Shown here: positions 19,283 to 27,545 of the stretch, one piece after another
How the letters are laid out: every line of letters begins with the position of its first letter
Position numbering within the stretch: position 1 is the stretch's first letter
NCBI GenBank assembly: GCA_965207225.1
Contig: CBDBLV010000004.1
Span: 1 to 64,000, forward strand
Direction of reading: 5' to 3'
DNA from: Dehalococcoidia bacterium
GTDB taxonomy: Bacteria; Chloroflexota; Dehalococcoidia; Plut-88900
Length of the DNA stretch: 64,000 nt
Notes under the pieces: model-generated
What the model was told of the DNA's origin: nothing
What the model saw: only the letters and a program-made list of their open reading frames with translations
Databases searched by the model: none
Translations under genes and position numbers: made by a program

Positions 19283-20077
19283 TCAATCACCTCCCTTCTT
19301 GCCGAGGATTTTGGCCACTTTGCCCAGTAGGGCGCGGTGAGGAGAGAGCCTCTCCCGGTAGCTGGTGCCCTCGATGACGATCTGGTAGCTGGTGTTGGCC
19401 AGACGGTCCAGGGCGCTGTTGCCCAGGATGGGATCGTTGAAGAGGCCGAGCCACTCCTCGATGGCGCGGTTGGAGGTGATGACGAAGCTGGAGGCCCGAT
19501 GCTTGCCGACGATGAGCTGGTAGAGGTCCGATGACTGTTGTGCGTTGAGACGGTGCAGGCCCAGGTCGTCGAGGATGAGCAGGTCGGGGGAGAGGAAGGA
19601 GCGGAAGGCTTTGTCCACCGAGTTGTCCACCCTGGCTTGGGACATGGCTTTGAAGAAGTCGTATGCGTGGATGAAGCGGACGGAGTATCCGGCTCTGACG
19701 GCGGCGTAGCCGAGGGCCTGGGCCAGGAAGCTCTTGCCGACGCCCGCCGGTCCCATGAGCAGGACGTGCTCGTGCCTGGGGATGAAGTCCAGGGAGAAGG
19801 CGGCGTCAAGGAGGCGGCGGTCCAGGGTGATTTCGGACGTCCAGTCGAAGTCCTCCAGGCGGCAGGTCTCCTCGAAGCCGGCCCGGTTCAGGCGGGTCTC
19901 GATGCGCCGGTTCTCCCTGCGGCTGACCTCGTCGGCTAGGATGATCTCCAGGAAGGCGGCATAGTCCAACTGGTCCCTTCGGGCCAGGGCGATGCGCTCG
20001 GGCAGGGTGTCCAGCATGCCGCTGAGCTTGAGGGTCTTGAGCAGCGGGGCCAGATCGACGTTGCGGTTGCGGGTCAT
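19283..20077 (-). CDS. istB: IS21 helper ATPase IstB
   Basis: GPAGVGKS Walker A, LLILDDLG Walker B, ITSNR, ALDRL. Confidence 0.95.
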   Translation of the reverse strand: MTRNRNVDLAPLLKTLKLSGMLDTLPERIALARRDQLDYAAFLEIILADEVSRRENRRIETRLNRAGFEETCRLEDFDWTSEITLDRRLLDAAFSLDFIPRHEHVLLMGPAGVGKSFLAQALGYAAVRAGYSVRFIHAYDFFKAMSQARVDNSVDKAFRSFLSPDLLILDDLGLHRLNAQQSSDLYQLIVGKHRASSFVITSNRAIEEWLGLFNDPILGNSALDRLANTSYQIVIEGTSYRERLSPHRALLGKVAKILGKKGGD

Positions 20078-21654
20078 AGCGTAACTCCTTCGGTTGGGTG
20101 ATGGCCGTTGACCAGGGCGAAGACGGAGCCGGGCCTGGCGAAGCGCCCCGGCGGTATGAGGTCGGCAAGGGGCGGCGCATCCTGCTGCTCCAGGGCTTCA
20201 ACCAGGATGCGCTCGACGCGGTGCACGTCGATGAGGTCCACGTCCAAGGCCTTGCGGCAGGCGTCGTTCAGCCGGTCGGGGGTGTAGCGCTGGGCGAGGC
20301 GGAGCAGCTTGTGTCCCTGCCGCACCTTGGCCCAAGGCGTGGGGCCTTCGAAGAGCCGGTCGGCGAAGGCGGCCACCGCCTCTCCCAGCTCCGCCGCGCT
20401 CTGCTTGATCTTGTCGGGCCCTCGCAGGGTGTAGGCGATGAACTCCTTTGGGTAGTCGTCGGTGTCGGTGGAGCGTTTGCCCCTGGGCTGACGGGGATGG
20501 ACCTTGATCAGCTTGCCCCGGTGGTAGATGCGCACCAGCTTGCTGTCCAGCGCGATCTCCACCTGCTGCCCCGGAGGGCACAGGGCCGACGGCACCGAGT
20601 AGAGGGCGTGCTGGCAGGTCACGTGGTGGTCGCGCTGCACCTTGGCGTTGCGCCAGCGGGTAACCTCGTAGGGATCGCCGTCCCAGGGCAGCAACGTCTG
20701 GCGCTCCTCTGTGTCGAAGACCTCCACGGGCTTGCGCCTGGTGGTGCCGTGCACCCGCTGTCCGGCCACCTCACGGCACCAGTGGAGCGCTTCCTTCCGC
20801 ATGTGAGGCAGGTCCCTGAAGGAGGCTCCCTTGAAGAAGCGCTCTCTCACGTACTGGACTCCCCGCTCCACCTTGGGCTTATCCCTGGGGTGGCGCACCC
20901 GGGCCGGGTCGGTGATGAAGCCCCGGCGCTGCGAGTACTCCAGGAAGCCCCTGGTCAGCCTGGGGTGCAGGGCGTCGGCCCCGGCCACCGCCGCCGGGAA
21001 GTTGTCGATGACCAGGTACTTGGGTATGCCGTCGAAGAAAGCCCAGGCCGCCTCCAGTCCGGCGACCACGTCCTCCAGCTTCTGCCCGTGGGTGGGCCAG
21101 ACGAAGCTGTGCCGCGAGTAGGCCAGCACCACGATCAGCGCCCACACCGTCCGGCGGCGTCCCGTCTCCGGGTCCTCCAGCGGCCCCAGCCGACCGAAGT
21201 CCAGCTCCGCCACCTCGCCCGGAGGACTCTCCTCCATCCGCACCGTCCGAAGACTGCGGCCTCGCCAGTTGCGGCGGGCCACGAAGCGCTGTAACGACGA
21301 ATAGGGCACATCGCAGCCCCGCTCCAAGAGCAACTCCCGGATGCGGGTCAGTTGCAGCCGGTCCCCGATGAGCCACTGCTGAATCTGGTCGGCCCAGGGG
21401 GACAGCCTCTCCTCTATGGGCATCTTGGTCTGCCGCGGTCCCGCACGGCCGATGGCCGCCAGCTTGCTCAGCTGCTCCTCGCTGGGACCCGGTCCGTCCC
21501 GGGACAGCCCCAACCTCTCCGCCGAGGAGATGTATTTGACCACCGTGTTCCGGGACAGGCCCGTCCCAGTCGCTATGTGGCGCTGGCTCTCTCCAGCCTG
21601 CCAGCGCCGGATGACTTCTTCTATCTCCACTCTGAGTACCTCCTTGTAGGCCAT
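20074..21654 (-). CDS. istA: IS21 transposase IstA
   Basis: N-terminal HTH; DDE motifs ELDFG, VIDN, KPKVERGV; RVHGTT. Confidence 0.95.
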   Translation of the reverse strand: MAYKEVLRVEIEEVIRRWQAGESQRHIATGTGLSRNTVVKYISSAERLGLSRDGPGPSEEQLSKLAAIGRAGPRQTKMPIEERLSPWADQIQQWLIGDRLQLTRIRELLLERGCDVPYSSLQRFVARRNWRGRSLRTVRMEESPPGEVAELDFGRLGPLEDPETGRRRTVWALIVVLAYSRHSFVWPTHGQKLEDVVAGLEAAWAFFDGIPKYLVIDNFPAAVAGADALHPRLTRGFLEYSQRRGFITDPARVRHPRDKPKVERGVQYVRERFFKGASFRDLPHMRKEALHWCREVAGQRVHGTTRRKPVEVFDTEERQTLLPWDGDPYEVTRWRNAKVQRDHHVTCQHALYSVPSALCPPGQQVEIALDSKLVRIYHRGKLIKVHPRQPRGKRSTDTDDYPKEFIAYTLRGPDKIKQSAAELGEAVAAFADRLFEGPTPWAKVRQGHKLLRLAQRYTPDRLNDACRKALDVDLIDVHRVERILVEALEQQDAPPLADLIPPGRFARPGSVFALVNGHHPTEGVTL

Positions 21655-22518
21655 CGCGGCACCTCCTTATCAAGTGCTGCAATGGTCTAAGCTGGGGCGC
21701 TCAGGGTGGCTCAAAGACCCTGGTTATCTGGCTCAATGTTAGTGGGTATTGTGGCTCAATGTTCCTGGGTATTGACAGATGCACCGGATGTCGCTGCCCG
21801 TCCTGGTATCCTGCATCCCTGTGCTTAGCACCACGGGGATACTGGGGAAGTCCTGGCGCCCCCTGTGGGCGCCGTCCTCCCCCCGGCTGAGGCTGTCCCA
21901 GCTGCGTGATTACGTGTACGACCCGCTGTACCACCGGATGCGTCCGACTCCTCCTGTAGGGGCGTCCAATAGGAGGGGACATAGATAGCGTCGATGCAAC
22001 GCTATCTGCCCTCCCTGCCGTCTGGGGGGCGCAAAACGGTACAAGTTGTACCTCCGGCGGGTTCCTGAAATACCCAAGACCGGTCATATTCCCCTGTTCC
22101 AGCTACGAAACGGGCTGCAACGTCCTCGACCGGTCAACGGCAAAAAATGCAAGTTGGGGAGAAGCTGTGCTAAAGTTAGGTAGCGCTCCGGAGACGCCAA
22201 AATTGCACTTTTGCCACTCTGACCGGTCAGCCGTTTCAGAGGGATGTAGGTATGGATGCGCTCGTGAAGCGTCCATGAGGAGCAAAATCGGCGCTCCGGC
22301 GGCGTCCGCGGCCCATGCTGGCCCACCGGAAATTGCAGGAATTGAGGTGGGGAAGCATGACGCGAAATGGGGTGGTGGGTAGGAGCGGACATTTCGGGCC
22401 ACGCAGGTTTGGATTTATGCAATATTTCGGGGTCTTGACGGAAAATGGTGACCGGTCGCCGTCAAGGGCCAGTTCCACCGAAAATTGCAGAAATGGCCCA
22501 CCCCTGTAGAGGACGAAG

Positions 22519-22959
22519 ATGACCTCTCGGAAGTCGAAGACGAAATCGAGGGCCGGAGACGGCAAGCCCGACCAGAAGTGGGTCGTGGAGTACCTCGTCC
22601 AGCGGGAGGGACAGCGCAGGACGGCGGCCCTCCTGGGGGTGAACCGGAAGACGGTGGCGCTGGCGCTGGGCCGTGAGCGGCTGACGGGGAAGATGGCCCT
22701 GGCCGTGCAGCGATTCATGGCCGGCCTGGACGATCCTGACGGGGAGAGGACGACGCCCCTGGACAGGCTGGAGTCGAGGATGCGGCAGGCGATCAGAGGG
22801 GTGGATGATCTCAGGAACCTCGTGGATGACCTGACGGAGCGCGTGGAGGCCCTGGAGGCGGCGCGGGAGCAGGAGGACGATGCCGAGGGCGGTGGGCTGC
22901 GGCTGTTCAGCCGGTGGCGGAAACGCGATGCTGAGAGCAAGGACAGGCGCGATGGCTGA
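22519..22959 (+). CDS. HTH plus coiled-coil hypothetical protein
   Basis: QRRTAALLGVNRKTVALAL HTH-like segment and heptad region. Confidence 0.6.
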   Translation: MTSRKSKTKSRAGDGKPDQKWVVEYLVQREGQRRTAALLGVNRKTVALALGRERLTGKMALAVQRFMAGLDDPDGERTTPLDRLESRMRQAIRGVDDLRNLVDDLTERVEALEAAREQEDDAEGGGLRLFSRWRKRDAESKDRRDG

Positions 22960-23386
22960 GCGGGTTCGCTGGGTGGCGAAGGCGGAGGCGGCGCGGGAGA
23001 TGGAGGTCTCCATCTCGACCCTCGACCGGATGATACGGCGGGGAGAGGTCGAGGTGCGCAGAGAGGGCCGTAGGGTCTACGTGCGAATGGAGGGGCCGGA
23101 GCGGGTGAGCGACGAGGAGCTGCTGCGCCGGGCTCTGGCACGGGAGGGGAAGCTTGGGCGGAGGCTGTTGGAGCTGGACCGGCGGGCGCAGGCGTTGGAG
23201 CGGGAACGGGACGAGGCGGTGTACGCCGCATCAGCCGACCGGCAGGCGTATGAGGAGATGGAGGAGCAGTACGAGAAGGAGCGCGACGCCCGCAGAGGCA
23301 TGAGGCGGTTGGCCGTCAGGCTCGGCCTTGCCGTGGTCGTGCTGCTCTCCGTCGTGGGGCTGCTCGTGTGGCGACTGGTCGCGTAG
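22952..23386 (+). CDS. Excisionase/MerR-like HTH protein with coiled coil and C-terminal TM helix
   Basis: KAEAAREMEVSISTLDRMIRRGEV...GRRVYV; hydrophobic C-terminus. Confidence 0.65.
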   Translation: MAERVRWVAKAEAAREMEVSISTLDRMIRRGEVEVRREGRRVYVRMEGPERVSDEELLRRALAREGKLGRRLLELDRRAQALERERDEAVYAASADRQAYEEMEEQYEKERDARRGMRRLAVRLGLAVVVLLSVVGLLVWRLVA

Positions 23387-23442
23387 AAGGAGGTAAGGCA
23401 TCGTGTCATGGATGCAATCTGGCGTCCCCAAACCCTTAGAGC

Positions 23443-26109
23443 ATGACGAGACCTGACATGAGACGACACGACCCCATTGTCGCCGAGAGCGCCCGGCTCT
23501 ATCGCATACTCGCTGTTGGGCCTGTGCGTGTAAGGCTGACCGGTGAAACACTCACCATCGAGGGACGCCTGGGCGGAGCGTCCAACGAGGTGCCCGCCGG
23601 AGCCATCGACTCGATTGCCGTTCGACCTTCGTTGTTCTGGCATCGGCTGACCATCCGGTTGGGAGACGGAACCGAGCGCTCAGTCGGAGGACTTGACGAG
23701 AGGGAAGCCATACGGGTCCGGGAAGCGGTGCTGGCGAGCACCGTTGAGGTCGCCAAGGTGCTGAGTCCAAAATTGAAGCGGCTTGATGAGCAGGTTCGGC
23801 AACACTTCGGCACCGACCGCTACGCCCGCTACAGCGACTCCCGAAGCATCCACGAGGCCCTGGCGCCGGTCCTACGGGAATGCAGGGCACTCACCCGGAA
23901 GCGTCTCAACCATGAAGCGGCGGAGGCGGCCGGGCGGCTTGCGCCTCTCGAACCGTTCGAGGGGTTCGAGGCGGCGAGAGGGCGTGCGAACAGCATCTAC
24001 ATTTCGAACACCACGCCCACTGTGCAGACAGCCGCGTCAGAGACGCTGGGTAACCCTCTCACGGATGAACAGGCGGAAGCCGTCGCCACCGACGAGGACG
24101 CAACCCTTGTGCTCGCGGGCGCTGGAATGGGAAAGACTTCGGTCATTGTCGGCAAGGTCGCACATCTCGTCCGCAACCTGGGAGTCTCCCCGAACGAGGT
24201 GCTGGTCTTGGCCTTCAACCGCAAGGCGGCCGACGAGATAAGAGGACGGCTCAAGGGCGACCTCTCGGCGGCGCATGTCCACACCTTCCACAGCTTCGGT
24301 CGCCGCGTCATAGCCGAGTCCGAGTCCGCTCCCACCATATCGAAGCTGGCCGAGGACGAACTCGCGCTGAGGCGCGCCGTTGACGACACCATCGGCGAGC
24401 TCCTCAGCGACCCGGAGCAGTCGAGGGCCGTCATCGACTTCATCGTCTACCACCACGCGCCCTACAGATCGGCCTTTGAGTTCGCCACCCTCGACGAGTA
24501 CGAGGAGTACGTCCGCGAAGTAGAGTTGCGGACGCTGAGTGGGGATCTGGTCAAGAGCTTCGAGGAACTGGCCATCGCCAACTTCCTGACGGAACACGGC
24601 GTCGAGTTCCGGTACGAGATAGCGACGGAGACGCAGCAACATCGGCAGTACCAGCCGGACTTCTTTCTGCCCGGCCACGACATCTACATCGAGCACTTCG
24701 CGCTCAACGAACGGGGCCGCCCCCCTCCCGGCTGGAGAGGATACGCGGAGGGTGTCGAGTGGAAGAGGAGCATCCACCGTCAACGCGGCTCGACGCTGGT
24801 GGAGACCTACAGCTGGCAACACCGGCGGGGCATCCTGCTAGAGACGCTGCGAACGCGTCTTGAGGAGGCCGGGGTGCATTTCGAGCAGGTACCGCGCCAA
24901 ACCCTGGTGCGGCAACTCGCCCAGGAGCAGACCTCGTGGCTGACGGGGCTACTGGCGACCTTTCTGAACCACGTCAAGAGCGGCGGCCTGTCGCCAGAGA
25001 CGCTTCGCGCCCGCGCCGGTGAGAGCGGGGGCCGCCGGCGCAATGAGAGCTTCCTTGCCGTCTTCGAGCAGGTGCGGGACCGCTACCAGAAGCTTTTAGC
25101 TGACGAGAGGGCGTTGGACTTCCACGACCTCATCAACGTGGCCGCAGAACACATCCGCGAGGGCCGATGGAAGTCCGAATACCGGTCTGTGCTGGTGGAT
25201 GAGTTCCAAGACATATCCGCCGGAAGGATGGCGTTCATCCAGGCCCTTCGCGGCCAGGACGTAGCCTACTTCCTAGTCGGAGACGATTGGCAGTCGATCT
25301 ACAGGTTCGCGGGGAGCGACGTCGGTCTCCTGCGGGGTTGCGGCGAATTGCTCGGCTATGTGGAGCAGCGGACGCTGAGCCGCACATTCCGGTTCGGCGA
25401 CGGCATTCTTGGCCCTTCGACCGAGTTCGTGAAGCGGAACCCGGAGCAAACCCAGAGACCCTTGCTGTCCGCCAGCGGTGCGGAGGATGAAGGCATCACT
25501 ATCGTCGCCGACGCCAGTCCCGTAGGCGGGGTGGCGCGGGCTTTGCAGGACATCGAGGCAAGGGCTAAGGGCAGGCCGAGCAGCGTCCTGGCGCTGGGAC
25601 GCTATCGCCAGGGCCGCGAGGTGGTCCATTCGATTCGGCGGAGCAGGTCGCTGCGAGTGGAGTTCAGCACAGTTCACAGAGCAAAGGGCCGCGAGGCCGA
25701 TTACGTAATCGTGCTCGACCTCAACGACGGCCGCTATGGGTTCCCCTCGAAGGTGGAGGACGATCCGCTGCTGGAGCTCGTGCTGCCCCCGGTCTCAGGG
25801 GGAGCGTACCCGTTCGCAGAGGAGCGTCGTCTCTTCTATGTGGCGATGACCCGGGCGCGGATCGGCGCCTACCTCGTGACCGATCCTGTGCGGCCATCCC
25901 AGTTTGTGACGGAACTGTTGAGGGAATCCGACGACCTGCGGCAGATCGGCGAACTTGCAACGAAGTGTCCACGTTGCGGCAGGGGCGTACTCCAGGTGAT
26001 CAATGGCAGACGCGGTCGCTTCTGGGGCTGCACTGAGTACCGGTCCACGCCGCCATGCCGATACACCAGGGACATTGAGGGAGAAACTGCCTATAGAAGG
26101 CGGGCATGA
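23443..26109 (+). CDS. helD: UvrD/helicase IV (HelD)-like SF1 helicase with inserted PD-(D/E)xK-like domain and C-terminal Zn ribbon
   Basis: AGAGMGKT, VDEFQD, GDDWQSIYRF, HRAKGRE, EERRLFYVAMTRA; YQPDFFL...IEHF; CPRC...FWGC...C. Confidence 0.85.
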   Translation: MTRPDMRRHDPIVAESARLYRILAVGPVRVRLTGETLTIEGRLGGASNEVPAGAIDSIAVRPSLFWHRLTIRLGDGTERSVGGLDEREAIRVREAVLASTVEVAKVLSPKLKRLDEQVRQHFGTDRYARYSDSRSIHEALAPVLRECRALTRKRLNHEAAEAAGRLAPLEPFEGFEAARGRANSIYISNTTPTVQTAASETLGNPLTDEQAEAVATDEDATLVLAGAGMGKTSVIVGKVAHLVRNLGVSPNEVLVLAFNRKAADEIRGRLKGDLSAAHVHTFHSFGRRVIAESESAPTISKLAEDELALRRAVDDTIGELLSDPEQSRAVIDFIVYHHAPYRSAFEFATLDEYEEYVREVELRTLSGDLVKSFEELAIANFLTEHGVEFRYEIATETQQHRQYQPDFFLPGHDIYIEHFALNERGRPPPGWRGYAEGVEWKRSIHRQRGSTLVETYSWQHRRGILLETLRTRLEEAGVHFEQVPRQTLVRQLAQEQTSWLTGLLATFLNHVKSGGLSPETLRARAGESGGRRRNESFLAVFEQVRDRYQKLLADERALDFHDLINVAAEHIREGRWKSEYRSVLVDEFQDISAGRMAFIQALRGQDVAYFLVGDDWQSIYRFAGSDVGLLRGCGELLGYVEQRTLSRTFRFGDGILGPSTEFVKRNPEQTQRPLLSASGAEDEGITIVADASPVGGVARALQDIEARAKGRPSSVLALGRYRQGREVVHSIRRSRSLRVEFSTVHRAKGREADYVIVLDLNDGRYGFPSKVEDDPLLELVLPPVSGGAYPFAEERRLFYVAMTRARIGAYLVTDPVRPSQFVTELLRESDDLRQIGELATKCPRCGRGVLQVINGRRGRFWGCTEYRSTPPCRYTRDIEGETAYRRRA

Positions 26110-26298
26110 GGGGCGAAGAGAAGCACACCTTCTCCCAGTTTCACGACGCTCTGACTCTCCTAGCCTCGTACTGACTGCCCGATTCACGCGTCCCCAACCG
26201 CTGCCAGGGTGTCGTGAATCCCTTGCACCAAGGTATCCTATGGCCTACAATAGGATGGGAGGCAACGTTCCCCATTTTGGAGTCCACGGAGGGTTGAG

Positions 26299-27147
26299 AT
26301 GATACGACAGCGATTGGGTCTATTGGCCGTGCTAGCAGCTGTTGCGGTAACGGGGCTGGCTGTAGCCTGCACCGACGATTCGTCCGCCGTCGAGGACGCG
26401 ATGATGGAAGAGTTGAACGCCATTAGCGCAACAACGGACCAGCTATCCCAATCGCTGGAACAGGCGCAGTCTGCGGCTGCTGATTCTGACGGAGGCATAC
26501 TGGTGACTGGGGAGGGCCGTCTCAGTGTGGAGCCGGACATGGCGGTGCTTAACATTGGCATCGAAGCACAGGCAGAGACTGTCTCTCAGGCGAGAACCGA
26601 TGCCGCTGAGGCCATGTCGAGTGTTGTGGCAGCCGTCAAGACGCGGGGCCTGTCCGACACAGACATTCAGACCATGTCGTTCAACATCAGACCGGAGTAC
26701 CGGTATGAGGAGATCGAACGAGACGGCAGCTACGTGAGTGAGCGGAAGCTCGTCGGCTATGTCGTCAGCAACTTTGCAATGATCAAGATACGCGACCTGG
26801 ACGCCGTTGGACCCATCATCGACGAAGTGGCGGAGGCCGGGGGCGACCTTGCCAGAGTCAACGGGATCAGCTTCACCGTGGAAGACCCGGAGCCCTTCAT
26901 GGAGGAACTCCGAAGCGAGGCTTTTGAGGAGGCGAAGACCAAGGCGGATCAGCTTGCGGGCTTGGCTGGCGTGACGCTCGGCCAAGCCCTGTCGATAAGC
27001 GAGTCCGCCGCGGCGGACGGCTTGCCTGGCTCCGATCTTGACTTCCTGCGCCAGATAGTTGCCTACGACTACGAGAGCAGCCCTATCAGCGGCGGGGAGA
27101 CGGAGCTTAGTCTGACGGTCAGAGTCCGGTTTGCCCTAGAGCCGTAG
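26299..27147 (+). CDS. SIMPL (DUF541) domain lipoprotein
   Basis: LAVAC lipobox; VTGEG..V.PD.A, DIQT, AKTKADQLA..AGV.LG. Confidence 0.85.
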   Translation: MIRQRLGLLAVLAAVAVTGLAVACTDDSSAVEDAMMEELNAISATTDQLSQSLEQAQSAAADSDGGILVTGEGRLSVEPDMAVLNIGIEAQAETVSQARTDAAEAMSSVVAAVKTRGLSDTDIQTMSFNIRPEYRYEEIERDGSYVSERKLVGYVVSNFAMIKIRDLDAVGPIIDEVAEAGGDLARVNGISFTVEDPEPFMEELRSEAFEEAKTKADQLAGLAGVTLGQALSISESAAADGLPGSDLDFLRQIVAYDYESSPISGGETELSLTVRVRFALEP

Positions 27148-27486
27148 ATGAATGCAATGGAAGCAAGGACGGCGGCAATGGCGAGGACGAAGACCAAGCG
27201 ATGGGACCCATCGGAGCATCTGGAAACCGCAGAGGAGATGGCAGCCTACCTGAACGCCGCCCTGGAAGAAGGCGACATGCGGCTGATCCTGGCAACGCTG
27301 GGGGACATCGCCCGCGCCCGGAGGATGGCGGTGGTGGCGCAGGAGACGGGGCTTGGCAGGGAAAGCCTTTACAAATCGCTGTCAACCGAGGGGAACCCGG
27401 AGTTCATCACCATCTTGAAGGTGATGCGCGCCGTGGGACTCAGACTTCAGGCCGCAGTGGTGCCTGAAGCGAACGACGCCGCCTGA
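27148..27486 (+). CDS. Addiction-module antidote protein (HI1420-like HTH), orphan
   Basis: WDPSEHL..AAYLNAALE.GD..LGDIARAR..GLGRESLYKSLS..GNP. Confidence 0.85.
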   Translation: MNAMEARTAAMARTKTKRWDPSEHLETAEEMAAYLNAALEEGDMRLILATLGDIARARRMAVVAQETGLGRESLYKSLSTEGNPEFITILKVMRAVGLRLQAAVVPEANDAA

Positions 27487-27545
27487 GAGCGTCGCAGTGA
27501 CGGACGACACGACTGAGGGAACAGACGATTCCAGAGGAGGACGAC

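Larger units (their letters stand above)
19188..21777 (-). mobile_element. IS21-family insertion sequence (2590 bp)
   Basis: TGT...ACA ends; repeated TTGAGCCA boxes (19206, 19229; inverted at 21707, 21729, 21752); 4-bp target duplication GATG (19184-19187 and 21778-21781). Confidence 0.95.
17667..21988 (+). pseudogene. Replication-relaxation family protein with winged-helix domains, interrupted by IS21
   Basis: wHTH segments and IAPDAVG...FYLEHE motif; removing IS 19188-21777 plus one GATG joins 17667-19187 in frame to 21779-21988 (575 aa). Confidence 0.75.

Noticed and set aside
20098-21294. Long antisense ORFs (also 27945-29165, 34397-35464, 40916-41797, 58798-59703)
   Set aside because: They are shadows of well-supported genes on the opposite strand in GC-rich DNA
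22236-23231. 331-aa Pro-rich minus-strand ORF
   Set aside because: It overlaps two plus-strand HTH genes that have better protein-like features
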